Shown: positions 34,756 to 44,697 of the stretch, piece by piece
Layout of the letters: each line of letters starts with the position of its first letter
Position numbering within the stretch: position 1 is the first letter of the stretch
NCBI GenBank assembly: GCA_000934665.2
Contig: JYFJ02003230.1
Coordinates: 1 to 44,697, forward strand
Length of the DNA stretch: 44,697 nucleotides
From: Catajapyx aquilonaris
Taxonomy: Eukaryota
Direction: 5' to 3'
Translations under genes and position numbers: made by a program
The notes under the pieces: model-generated
The model's input: the letters and a program-made list of their open reading frames with translations, nothing else
What the model was told of the DNA's origin: nothing
Databases searched by the model: none

Positions 34756-35869
34756 AGCAACCGCACTTGACAATTTTGGCTGGCTGACCCGCGCATTATT
34801 CGAATATGATATCAAATATTTCATGCAGAAATATTTATTGCAGTAAGAACTCCTCAACTATCCCCCTCACTATACTGTACCGACCTGTCACCCTGTAGTG
34901 ACTTTAACATTTTTGGTGATTTGAATGTATAGCTTTCTGTGGATTCCAATACCAATACCAGGTGGATGATAAAGTGAAGTCCTTGGGTTGTGATTGGAAC
35001 CATAACTCAAGGACTTTCTACTGTATTACCTCACTTAAAACAGCATGCCGGTGTAGTCCAGGTCGACCAGTTTTTAGAAATAATATATGGCGGCTACACC
35101 GGCATGCCGGTCTATTATGCTGGTATGAGGTGAGGTTTTCAGGGTTTTCACTTGCATTATCCTTTCAGAACATGATACAACATTGGCATGAAATCGCTAC
35201 TGGAAGAAAAAAAAACACACATTATCAAAGTACCATACTGAGCAGTATTTGCTTTAAATAATAGTTAGTAAAATAATCTGTATATGCATTGAGGCTACTG
35301 GTGTGAATTTAGCCCCTCTAACTCTGATGATGACAATGAAGTTGTGTGAATGCTGTGGATGTGCACTCAGTTAAGCTCGTTTAAAAAATCTTCATAAGGT
35401 CCTATATAGTTACTTGACAAGAATCATTGATGGTTCGACTGGCTCTGAGGAACTTTATTTCTGCCCCCGGCAAAGCCCTGCTTTCCCTCATTTTGTGACT
35501 GATGGTCTCATAATGGCCTAATGGTTTTCCCACAATTCTCTCCCGTAACTGCATCTGCATGGCTGCCTTATCATGGATTACAGGCAAATATCACGTTCTG
35601 AAAAGGTCATGTAAGTGCAACTCATAAGTACATCTATCTAACTTATTAGAACGAAATGCTGGTGTAGCCACCAGATCATGCATTATTTTCCAAAAACTGG
35701 CCAACCTGGACTACTTGTAGTCTGGTACAGTACACCAGCATAACGATTACATGAGGTAATACTGTAAATGGTTTGAACAAATTGGTGACTCTAATTATGT
35801 TTTACATTCCATACATTACACACAGCAGATCACTACTTGTAGTTCCAGCCACCAGCAATACAGGTGGTC

Positions 35870-36030
35870 CAGTCAGGTCCGGTCCTGCGACTGCTGCCAC
35901 CCTGGAAGTAAATAGGGCATGTGAATAAGCTGGTCATACTACTCATAATCTATTACAGTGCACTGTACCATACAGGGAACACAGCAAAACACACCAAAAA
36001 AATAACATGTGCAAATGACACTAGGCCTTG
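35870..36030 (-). repeat. Orphan cassette, copy J, with no associated CDS
   Basis: CTGCTGCCACCCTGGAAGTAAA...TGGTCAT...CAGTGCACTGTACC...CACTAGGCCT. 35665-35718 also matches the copy-6 intron at 32174-32224. Confidence 0.6.
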
Positions 36031-36917
36031 ACACCTTATTGTGACACAATAGTATGTTAGTTAATCAACAGGCTTATGTATTGCCCCACGTGGCATTTTG
36101 GCTGAAAATATTTTCTCATCATTCGAAAGCAAACAAAAAATCTTTTTTAGTCTCTCTTTTCTTGCCTTGCAACAATAAACAGCATTATGATATTATCATG
36201 TAATAAAGAAAGTGACATTAGTTTGGCTAGTGGGTGTCACACTGATTGCGTGATGGTAATGAACCACTGTACACTGCAGAGTACAAAAATATTATCATAA
36301 CACTTTCGTGACACACTACAAAAATTGTTAAAACCGGTAACAAAGGAATGAAATTGTATCAACTGGCGACCACTTCATTAGGTATCAAAACTGCACAGGG
36401 TGATGTGAAAAAATAAAAAATCAAGTGTAGAAGAAAACGCAAAAATAGAGCCCAATACTTTGTGCTGTCTAGACTGGAGTTTGCGGTCAGACCAAGGGTG
36501 ACAAATCCATCAATTCTTCCCAAACTACTGGGTCTATCAATTTGTGTTCATAAGTATATCCTCTACTGTACAGTACGCACTGTACCTCATATGTGTTCAG
36601 TGGTCCTGATATTATCTCCAGCTTGATACGTAGTGAGCTGCAATCAGAGCAATGGAGCTTTTGGGTCTGGCTGAAATGCGGACTACACAAAGTTGGGGAA
36701 AATAAAAGTGAGAGAGCTGGTTGAGGGAATGGGAAAGGGAGGGGCTGAGAAGAGACAAATTGTAAAATATAGATTAGTTTGTGACATTTGGCAATAAGAT
36801 GTATGTCAGGAAATAAAAGTAGAAACATTTATTTCATTTCGCACGTTTGAAATTTTGACATTCATGTTACAGTATTTTTATTCCGCGTATAAATTATCTT
36901 TAAGTCCAAAAATCTGC

Positions 36918-37934
36918 TTACAGATCCAAAAGACACTTCAACACGTCCACATCAACACATGCTTTCCACGACTGAGACTCCTTCACCTTCTTTAAGTTGA
37001 CTCGGACAAATTTCACACATGCTTCTGTCAGATTAGGTGAGTCATGCATTATGGCCAAATTCAGAATGTCTAGTACAGTTTCCACAGTTAAACCTTTTGT
37101 AAGGTGAAGCATACACAAGGACTTCAAACGAAGAATCTGATACTTATTAGCAGCTACCAGGAGTTCCTTTGCCATCTCAACCTGCATGTCTGCTGGGGCT
37201 TGATCAGAGTACATGAAGTGGATGAGGCCCTGCACCACTTCAGGCTTCAAGTCCTTGATAACGACCTTGCCTGTCCTTTTCTCTTCAGTCTCATGCTCAA
37301 ACATTGCTGCAAACACTGGGCTTCGAACGCAAAGAATAAACTTGTGCACAGGAAACTTTGACTCATCTGCCACCAATGTCACATCAGTACTCAAAGTTGA
37401 CTGAAATGCATTCTGCACATCTTCAGATATGTGAGGGCCACAAATCTCAGCATGCTCGTTCACATCCTCATGTTTTCTCTCCAAAAGGACCTCTCCTTCA
37501 CAAATCAAGGTAAGGGTATCATTAGGAAGGAGGTCAGATGCCCTCCTTCCCAACTCTTGGATGGAAAAAAATTTAGGATAGCCCCAGCAGCTAGGAGTGT
37601 CGCCGTTTTTTCCCCTGAACACCTTAAGAAATTGGCTACTACTACAATCATTGTTGGTGGCACTCTTAATAGAGAATTTACTTGATGCTGTGACATCACC
37701 ACCATATTCATCAGGAAGGTAGGTGAGGAAAAGTGACAGAAAACTTCTACATTCCTCACTATTGCCTTTGGGATGAAGCACCATCACCCACTTTTTTGGT
37801 TCAGGTCCACCAGAAGTGAATGGTTCAGATGTAATTTTGTTCTCCTCGCCTAACATACTATATTTCTCAATAACCCACTTGAACGAGAATCGTCGAGTTT
37901 GTTGAGCAAATATCCACTGTTGCACATCAGACAT
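36918..37934 (-). CDS. SPOP-like MATH-BTB protein copy 8 (338 aa, intact)
   Basis: Complete MATH (FLSLFL, CWGYPKF) and BTB (VHKFILCVRSPVFAAMFEH, AANKYQILRLKSLC). Confidence 0.93.
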   Translation of the reverse strand: MSDVQQWIFAQQTRRFSFKWVIEKYSMLGEENKITSEPFTSGGPEPKKWVMVLHPKGNSEECRSFLSLFLTYLPDEYGGDVTASSKFSIKSATNNDCSSSQFLKVFRGKNGDTPSCWGYPKFFSIQELGRRASDLLPNDTLTLICEGEVLLERKHEDVNEHAEICGPHISEDVQNAFQSTLSTDVTLVADESKFPVHKFILCVRSPVFAAMFEHETEEKRTGKVVIKDLKPEVVQGLIHFMYSDQAPADMQVEMAKELLVAANKYQILRLKSLCMLHLTKGLTVETVLDILNLAIMHDSPNLTEACVKFVRVNLKKVKESQSWKACVDVDVLKCLLDL

Positions 37935-38022
37935 TTTCTCAGTGGATCAGCTGCAGGAAGAATGATCAAGATGTAATAATTACACAAGTTTATTTATAAA
38001 TCATTTGAAATGCATGAATTAA

Positions 38023-38493
38023 CCCTTAACTACGTAGGTGGAGCCTGAGAGGCTCCAAGCACTATTTAAACGCATGTAACTTTTTCATCGAATTTTATTT
38101 TCCCCTGCCCTTCCGTGACTTTGTCAGACAAACCTTCCTAAGCATGAAAAGGAAAGAAACAAATTTTTAGTCCCTATTGTTTGGTTTAAAAAAATTCGTA
38201 ACGAGGAACAGGTCCCTCCTGGACTCTATACTGGCTCTACCTATGCAGGTGAAGACTGAGCGGCTCAAGCATGATGTAACCTTTTAATTAAGAATTTTTC
38301 CCTGTCGGAATATGCTGACTCAGCGTGTGATTTTTACGTTTTCGGAAGCCTAATGATCTGAACTGCACTTTCTGTATGTGAAAAGTCCAATATAACAATT
38401 TAGTTGATAAGCATAAATTTAAATATACCGTTGGAGCCTCTCAGGCTCCACCTACGTAGTTAAAGGTGTTTCACCCACCTACGTAGTTAAGGG
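38023..38493. mobile_element. piggyBac-type MITE
   Basis: TTAA|CCCTTAACTACGTAGGTGG ... CCACCTACGTAGTTAAGGG|TTAA: TTAA TSD, CCC/GGG ends, subterminal palindrome GGAGCCTGAGAGGCTCC. Confidence 0.85.
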
Positions 38494-38778
38494 TTAAGCA
38501 GGGTGGAGAACTGCACATAAGTCAAAAATATTCCAACAACAATACCATAGTGATTAGGATCTTCTAAATTTTTACTGAGTTGATAGCTTACTTATTGTGA
38601 CACTCAGGCTGGGCTAGAAATATCAGGGGGCTTTCTCATTAACTTCTTGTGATTGTGATGACTAGTATTTTCCACATCAGTTAATCATTCTTTGCTCTTT
38701 ATGCTCCTTAGAGAGCACAATATTCTGAGTCGAGAATAAACAGGTAGCAATCAAATGAACTGAATCCCCTTCCGATAC

Positions 38779-38880
38779 ACTCACCTGTCACCACACCTAT
38801 TTCACCAAATCCCGACTTCTCTTTCCAGTCACCAGCAAGGGCCTGTGCTGCTATACTGCAACCCTGGAAGTAATAAATTG
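38779..38880 (-). promoter_or_regulatory. Shared cassette, copy K (exon only recognisable; for copy 8)
   Basis: Acceptor TTACTTCCAG 38864-38866, exon 38785-38863, donor GTGAGT 38779-38784. Confidence 0.55.
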
Positions 38881-41240
38881 CTGTCAATATATTAACTGAT
38901 TCCACTTATGTGTGGGGCAGGTAAGGCCTGTTTGAATAAAATAGATACTGATGGAAAAATACTGGCATCCTACTCAAAATCAGCATAGTAACTAATACAT
39001 AAGAAACAGCGAATAGTTTTCATGGAATGGAATCATTGTCGACCTTTGTAAACATAGATTGTAAATGAACATCTGGACCTTGAACGACGTAAACATTTAA
39101 TGAAATGAAAATCTTTCCTGGGGATTAATGAAAATAATGTGACAAAAATTATTCAAATATATTGTATAGCACTTTCAGGAATGCCATTTAAAAATGATTC
39201 ACCAAGCGTGTGGTACATATTATTTGGACTTGCCAAGCATCAGTCCGAACACATAGCGAAACATTCTGCCGAGTGAAAATCGAACCTGACTTTCCTAATG
39301 ATAAAACATTTGGCGATTAATTTTTTATGCTATTCCTGAAAACACTACATGGGAATAAATTTTTTAATCGCGTTTCATGAACATGAGAACACCCTGGAAA
39401 GATTATCATTTGATTACTGTAATTACCTGACTTGGAAGTGGCATGAAGCAATAACCAATGTAGATTTCCTTATTTTGATCCTTGGAATAAAATTGTTCTT
39501 GTACAGTACTACAGTATAATTTATACTGACGTTTACTCCTTTTGTTGTGTAACGGGCATCTCCATGGACACCTGAAAACTGAGAGGTTCACTGAGGCCGG
39601 GTTGCACCGGCTCCCGGAAAGTTTGTCTGGCCGAAGAGGAGCCCGGTTAGTTTGTTCATTCCCGCAGAATGCGTCAGCAGAGATGTGGCGACATTTATTT
39701 GGCCATGCATTTCGTTGGAATGATGCTGGAATTCATGTGCGCGCCCAACAAACGAAGACGCCAGACTGGCAAGCGCTCGTTATGCTCATGCACCAAAGAA
39801 CACCCCCACACACCACCCAACCTGCCCTCTGGAAAAATCCCATTTAAAAAAGCAACTGAAATAAAGACTGTTGTTAAAAATTCACAGGCTGTTTCTTTGC
39901 AAAGGAGCTCAGATGTAATGCGAAACCCAGCATGAAAACTTGGTAAAAATTAACGGTTCTACCTCGGAGCATCTCTTGCAAATATCCCAACCATTCCCAT
40001 TGATCCAATTTATTCAAAGGTTTATTTTTTCTTTGGAAGTTGTTTTCCTCTATTCCTAGCAGCTTCTCCTCCGTCACCTCGGGAATAATTAAAAGCCGTG
40101 AGGGGGGCGGGGGGGGGAAAGGGACAACACTGCCACAAGCATGCACATTGGAGGCCATCTCACAGACACTCGACCGAACCCCAACATTTTTTCGAAGAGA
40201 GAGAGAAAAAAAATGAAAGACAATCCCCACAAGTTAAGAACCTACTTTTTATTTCCATTTCACCTGCTTTGAAATGTTTTTTTTTGTTTTATTTTTGGTT
40301 TTTAATACTAATAATGAAACAATTTATTGGTCTCCGTGACTCGTCATCACTTTGGGTTCGTAAAAAGGCATTTTCTTTTCTTTTTTTTTTTAATGCAAAC
40401 AAGTGTCTCAATGGACAAGTAAGTTACTAAGTTACTCCCAAGGTGCAGAAGAACACGGGGGGGATAAAAAATCATGAACCAAATGACAATTGTATTCAAA
40501 AAGGAAAAGTCTCTCCAGATGTGAACATACTGTGTTTGTGTGTGTAAACCAAATTGTGCAACATCCTACAAATTACAATAGCATGAGGGAGTAAAGTGGG
40601 ATGTTTACGATTCTTTTTTTTTTTTTTTTGTACTTCGGCAGTTCACCCCCTCCCAAAATGATTAAAAACCGCACATTCCAAACAATTTAGAGAGTGTGCA
40701 CCTTACAAATGCTAAGGGGAAGTGTTCATTGAGGCTGAGAATAAAACAAGGTAGAACAACTTAAAACTGAAACACGAAAAACTCTATCGCACTGACACAT
40801 TCCCTACTCCATCCTTCATAATTATCTAATAATAGCAGGGTTTGCACACACACACCCACCCACCAACATACACTTAATTTAAAAATAACCCTAGTCCTGT
40901 CTGCCGTCACTTGCTCTTTACCACAGAAAAAAACACTAAAAAAACGCGGCCATCTTCTAGCCAAAAGGTGATTTTTGTTTAAGTACGGCAGCACTTTTTT
41001 TTTTTTTTTCCTCTAACCAACTCTTGCTAGTACATTGTTCTTTTTCACAACTCCTACTCCACCATTGCTGTCATGCTTTGCATGTGCCCAATGGGCAGGG
41101 GAGCAATGAGGTAGGAGTTTTTAATTCTTCATTAAACTTAAGAATGCTGGGGAGAAGGGGGGTAGAATAAACGTGAAGAAAAATGGGATGGTGTTGAGAG
41201 TTTGGTAACGAGGAATGGGATGGATTTGCAGTCATGCTGT

Positions 41241-44014
41241 TTACTCGTCGTCGTCATCGTCGTCGTCTTCGTCGTCTTCCTCCTCCTCGTCCTCATCTTC
41301 CTCGCTGTCCTTGGCCTCCTTCATGGGGGAGCCACCCTTGGCCTTCTTCTTGTATGCTGTCATCTCCTACCAAGGGATTAAAGGGTGTTGTGAAGAGGCT
41401 CAAATTCCAACAGTTGAATTCAATCTTTAGATAATAATCATATATAATAATCATATATAATAATCCGGGGTAGTGCTCAACCTCATCTGAGGTATGCAGC
41501 ACGGCCCTTTTTTAATTACGTCAAGTACATTTGGAGCCTTTATACGTAACGCCCAGGCCCACGGCAGGATGACAGGAGGGGATGTGCAAGGTGCAGTGCA
41601 ATGTCTTAAACGTGGCCATTTTTAGTGAACTCCCCCGGGTGGTTTAGTCTGTGAAAATATCACCCGAGACGAAGCCAGAGGTGACCATGAACTCTGCACG
41701 AGATGAAGGGGGTGTCCCCGAGTTGGGATCGAACCCGGGACCTTAAACATCCGTGGGCGCGTACGTTACCGCATCACCACTTCGCCTCCCCTTTTTAGAT
41801 AATAATCATCACACTACACAAACATCCATAGTCGCACCAGAGAACAGGCCACATGTAACTACTGTCCATGTGCAAATACCGGAGTTCTGAAGAACGTTGT
41901 CCCGAGTTTGTCCCTGTGCCTTGTTTATGACCATTGCGTATGCTAACTGATTGGAAATTGCGTCTGGCTAAGGTTGAAAGGGACATTGACATCATCTGCC
42001 GCGTTCAGAGTAATTCTAGGAATAAAGTGCTCAGTTTCTTTGTGCAAACCGGAAATAATTCTACATTTTGATGACTTTGGATTGCATGTCCATTATGGTG
42101 AGCCTAGTCCCACTGCAAAGACCTCTGCCAATGCACGGATTGCGAATCAGCATAACGACAGCGCCTAAGTTAGGTGGTGGCAGTCCATTGGGATTTACAC
42201 TGTTCAAAAATTCAACAAAAGTTCTACAAATAGCCATAGCCACATTTTTATAGGATGGACTGCTTCCACTTTAAAAAGTCTGAATGACATCCAAGGGCTA
42301 ACTGGGGGCAAGATCTGACGTTATCATACCAATTCGCCAGATGCAAGTTAACCTGACTACAGTTCACCAGCTGTAATACAACCTCGCCTACTGAGCTTAT
42401 TTGCCGTACGATGTTTCAGTTATTAGTTCGGTATCAGTAATAAAGAGTAGCAGCTTTGTAAAAATATAGGTCAAATTGGCAGGTGAGTTTGTATGGCAGG
42501 CAAGTTGTCGGTGGGCAAATGTGCATCGAGCGAAATGTTACGCAACCGGATCGGAAAGGGAATGACCCAGTTCCCTTTCCTTTGCTAATCTAGCTTTCAC
42601 TTCTCATTTTCACAATTCTTTGCCATTCGCAGCAAAAATCTCAACTCAGGAAGCCAAGAGATGCATAGCATCTTACTCACTGTCAGTATCAAGCGTAATT
42701 AAGACTAATTTTTTTGTCCATTGCTGTCACATTATCAAATATCGGTAATTGACATTAAACTTGGCGCGAAAAAAATTATTGTGCGTTATTATTGAGTTGC
42801 TCTCGTCCTCATCATTCAGCTACGGGATTTTTTGTCGTTCAAACAGACAATAGTAATTATGAAACTTGTCCTTTCCACCAAAAAAATTAAAATTGGAGTC
42901 TTTTCCAACATAATGCGGTTTATTGTTTTTACTTGGCCATTGGCATTGGTTTTTAAAAAATATTTTTTTAAAAGAAGGTGGGTTATGTAACCATGGCGGC
43001 CATTTTGAATCTCTAAGCCTGTGTCATGCATGGATGGATAGCAAGTTAAAAATCATCAAAACTCAGCCAAATTTCTCCAAGCGATAGTCTATACCCCTAG
43101 ATTACAAATTCAATTAATAAATATAACATTATTGCAACATTTTGGCATAACCAACCCGACCCAACTAGTGCGGCCAAGCGGGAAACTCTCACGAACATGC
43201 TGCCCCGATGTTTCAAAAAAATGTACTTGTTTTGAAAGTTGGCAAACAAAATTTTGGCAGGTCCGAGTCTGAGCCTTATAGAGCATAAAATACCTTTCAA
43301 ATGCATACCGCATATCAAAATAACGTAATGACCTGACCTTCAAGTTACGGAAATCCAAGTCAACAAAAATGCTTGAAATTGGTACAGTTTGCACCCTGTA
43401 GTTTCCCAACCACTCATCGCATAGGCATTTTCAAACTAGGTGGCATACGCCCATGTATGAATGGACACAACAATATACTCAAACTGTGCAAATGTCATAA
43501 TTAGTTTCCCGACCCTGAAAGCGTAGGTGATGACACCAGAAGGACCACCGCCGGAGTCCAACAAATAACATAACACACAAACGTTCACTTTATGCGTTTT
43601 TAAAATTTTTGCGTGGCCATACGAAAATTGTCCACAACAAATTGCACGATATTTCCAATAAAAGTGGTCATTTACCTTCTCATATCGGGCCTTGTCCTTC
43701 TCGGACATAGCCTCATACTTGCGCCTGATGTCGGTGTCTGAGTCAGCCCATTGCTTGCCAAGTTTCTTGGCAATGTCTCCAATCCCAAATTCAGGGTTAG
43801 CGGCCTTGACCTTTGGCCTCTCATCATTGCAGAACCAGAAGAACGCAGAGAGTGCGCGCTTGGGGGCATTGGGGTCCTTGGTCTGCTTCCTTTTCTGACC
43901 CCGCTTCCCGGTCTCCCCGGTCATGGGCTTGTAGTCCTCCATCTCAGCCTCATAGCGCTTCTTGTCCTTCTCCGCCATCTCATGGAAGCGCTTCTTCTCC
44001 TTGTCTGTCATGGG
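41241..44014 (-). CDS. Dsp1: HMGB/Dsp1-like high-mobility-group protein, last two coding exons (44014-43676 and 41366-41241); 5' exons lie beyond the window
   Basis: End of HMG box A (KEKKRFHEMAEKDKKRYEAEM), box B (KDPNAPKRALSAFFWFCNDERPKVK...GDIAKKLGKQW...DKARYEK|EMTAYK), acidic D/E tail. Phase-0 GT-AG junction. Confidence 0.88.
41442..41793 (-). mobile_element. tRNA-derived SINE, same family as 6959-7296, in the last HMGB intron
   Basis: Minus strand TGGTGATGCGG A box and GGTTCGATCCC B box. Shared body CCCC.TTCATCTCGT...AACCACCCGGGGGAG and 3' ACCTCAG.TGAGGT. 16-bp TSD TTTAGATAATAATCAT (41426-41441 and 41794-41809). Confidence 0.85.
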
Positions 44015-44513
44015 CTGAGGAAGCAACACAAATCGCACAGTAGTAAATACAGAGGTGCCTTTTTATACAACTTTGCACTTCTCAGAGCAGAGAATTGGTG
44101 TACGCAATAATATTTAACCCATAACCACCAACGTGAATCTGCCATACATAGGCTACGACATGGGGTCTTTAAAGACCCCACGCGGTTTTCATTTAAAAAT
44201 ATTATGTGACTTGATAGCACTAAAGCCATTCTTCCCCACTAAATTCGGCCTGTATTCTCATCTGTACTCGTATGTGTAAAAGAAATTGATCTCCTGTGAC
44301 CATCAGTTGAGTCATACGGGACTTGAAACTCCATTATCGCAGCTTCGTAGCCTTCCAGCTCGATGCCGTAAGTAATGGCTTATAACGTAAACACCCCCTG
44401 ACATGATCAGATCAATCCCCTTCGGACACTATTGGTCGATATGTCATCTAATCACTTGAGATATAGGTTAGTTTTCAACACATGTACATTTATATTATCA
44501 CTGATCATTTATA

Positions 44514-44697
44514 CAGGGTGATCAAACTTTTTTGTCGTTTTAGTTATTGACAAATTCGGCGTAAGCTGCTTATATTGTAGCCCGTTCCCTGGCAACCCCA
44601 TCCGTCGGGCCAGTTCAAACATCAGCCCATGGAGAGCGCTTCCATTGTCGCCACTGTTTACAAATCGAGTGAGTGACGCGGACGACCCAGCGACGGG
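44514..44697. mobile_element. Possible left end of another TA|CAGGGTG-type element
   Basis: TACAGGGTGATC.AACT resembles the terminus of 23024-23925. The partner end is not in the window. Confidence 0.35.

Noticed and set aside
1555..37759. Recurrent short ORFs such as MKCTRP..., MH.GQIQNV... and MRATNLS...
   Set aside because: They are antisense or alternate-frame shadows of the MATH-BTB genes and recur only because those genes are duplicated.
398..38880. Repeated cassette as a CRISPR-like array or structured ncRNA family
   Set aside because: Eukaryotic context, kb-scale irregular spacing and no repeat-spacer pattern. The best-conserved parts are splice signals.
41215..41434. Poly-Ser and Arg/Pro-rich ORFs
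   Set aside because: Antisense readings of the HMGB acidic tail.
42820..43660. Probable DNA-transposon remnants in the HMGB intron (also ~28400-28680, ~36310-36420, ~38930-39400)
   Set aside because: Repeat-like in character, but I could not pair termini or identify TSDs, so no feature is called.
43436..43675. C-terminal extension of the 200-aa HMG ORF (VNDHFYW...)
   Set aside because: Intron read-through past the AAG|GTAAAT donor; the real end is the exon at 41366-41241.

Overview
Eukaryotic genomic DNA, almost certainly arthropod (GT-AG introns, (TTAGG)n repeat, an ionotropic receptor, a Dsp1/HMGB-like gene). The window is dominated by a birth-and-death array of SPOP/roadkill-like MATH-BTB genes with intronless coding regions. 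Four copies are intact, one has a C-terminal frameshift, one has two frameshifts, and there are several fragments. Nearly every copy is preceded by a conserved non-coding promoter/5'UTR-exon cassette, present about 11 times. Interleaved are a divergent ionotropic receptor, a BIR-less IAP-type RING gene head-to-head with a 6-exon HIPK/DYRK-like kinase that has an atypical catalytic loop, and a ZBED-like (hAT transposase-derived) gene. The 3' half of an HMGB/Dsp1 gene lies at the right end. There are two copies of a tRNA-derived SINE and many MITE-like inverted-repeat elements. Two observations stand out: variation among the MATH-BTB paralogs is concentrated at the positions that form the SPOP substrate groove, and one copy of the MATH-BTB promoter/5'UTR cassette leads into the ZBED gene rather than a MATH-BTB CDS. 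All calls were made by eye with no database searches.
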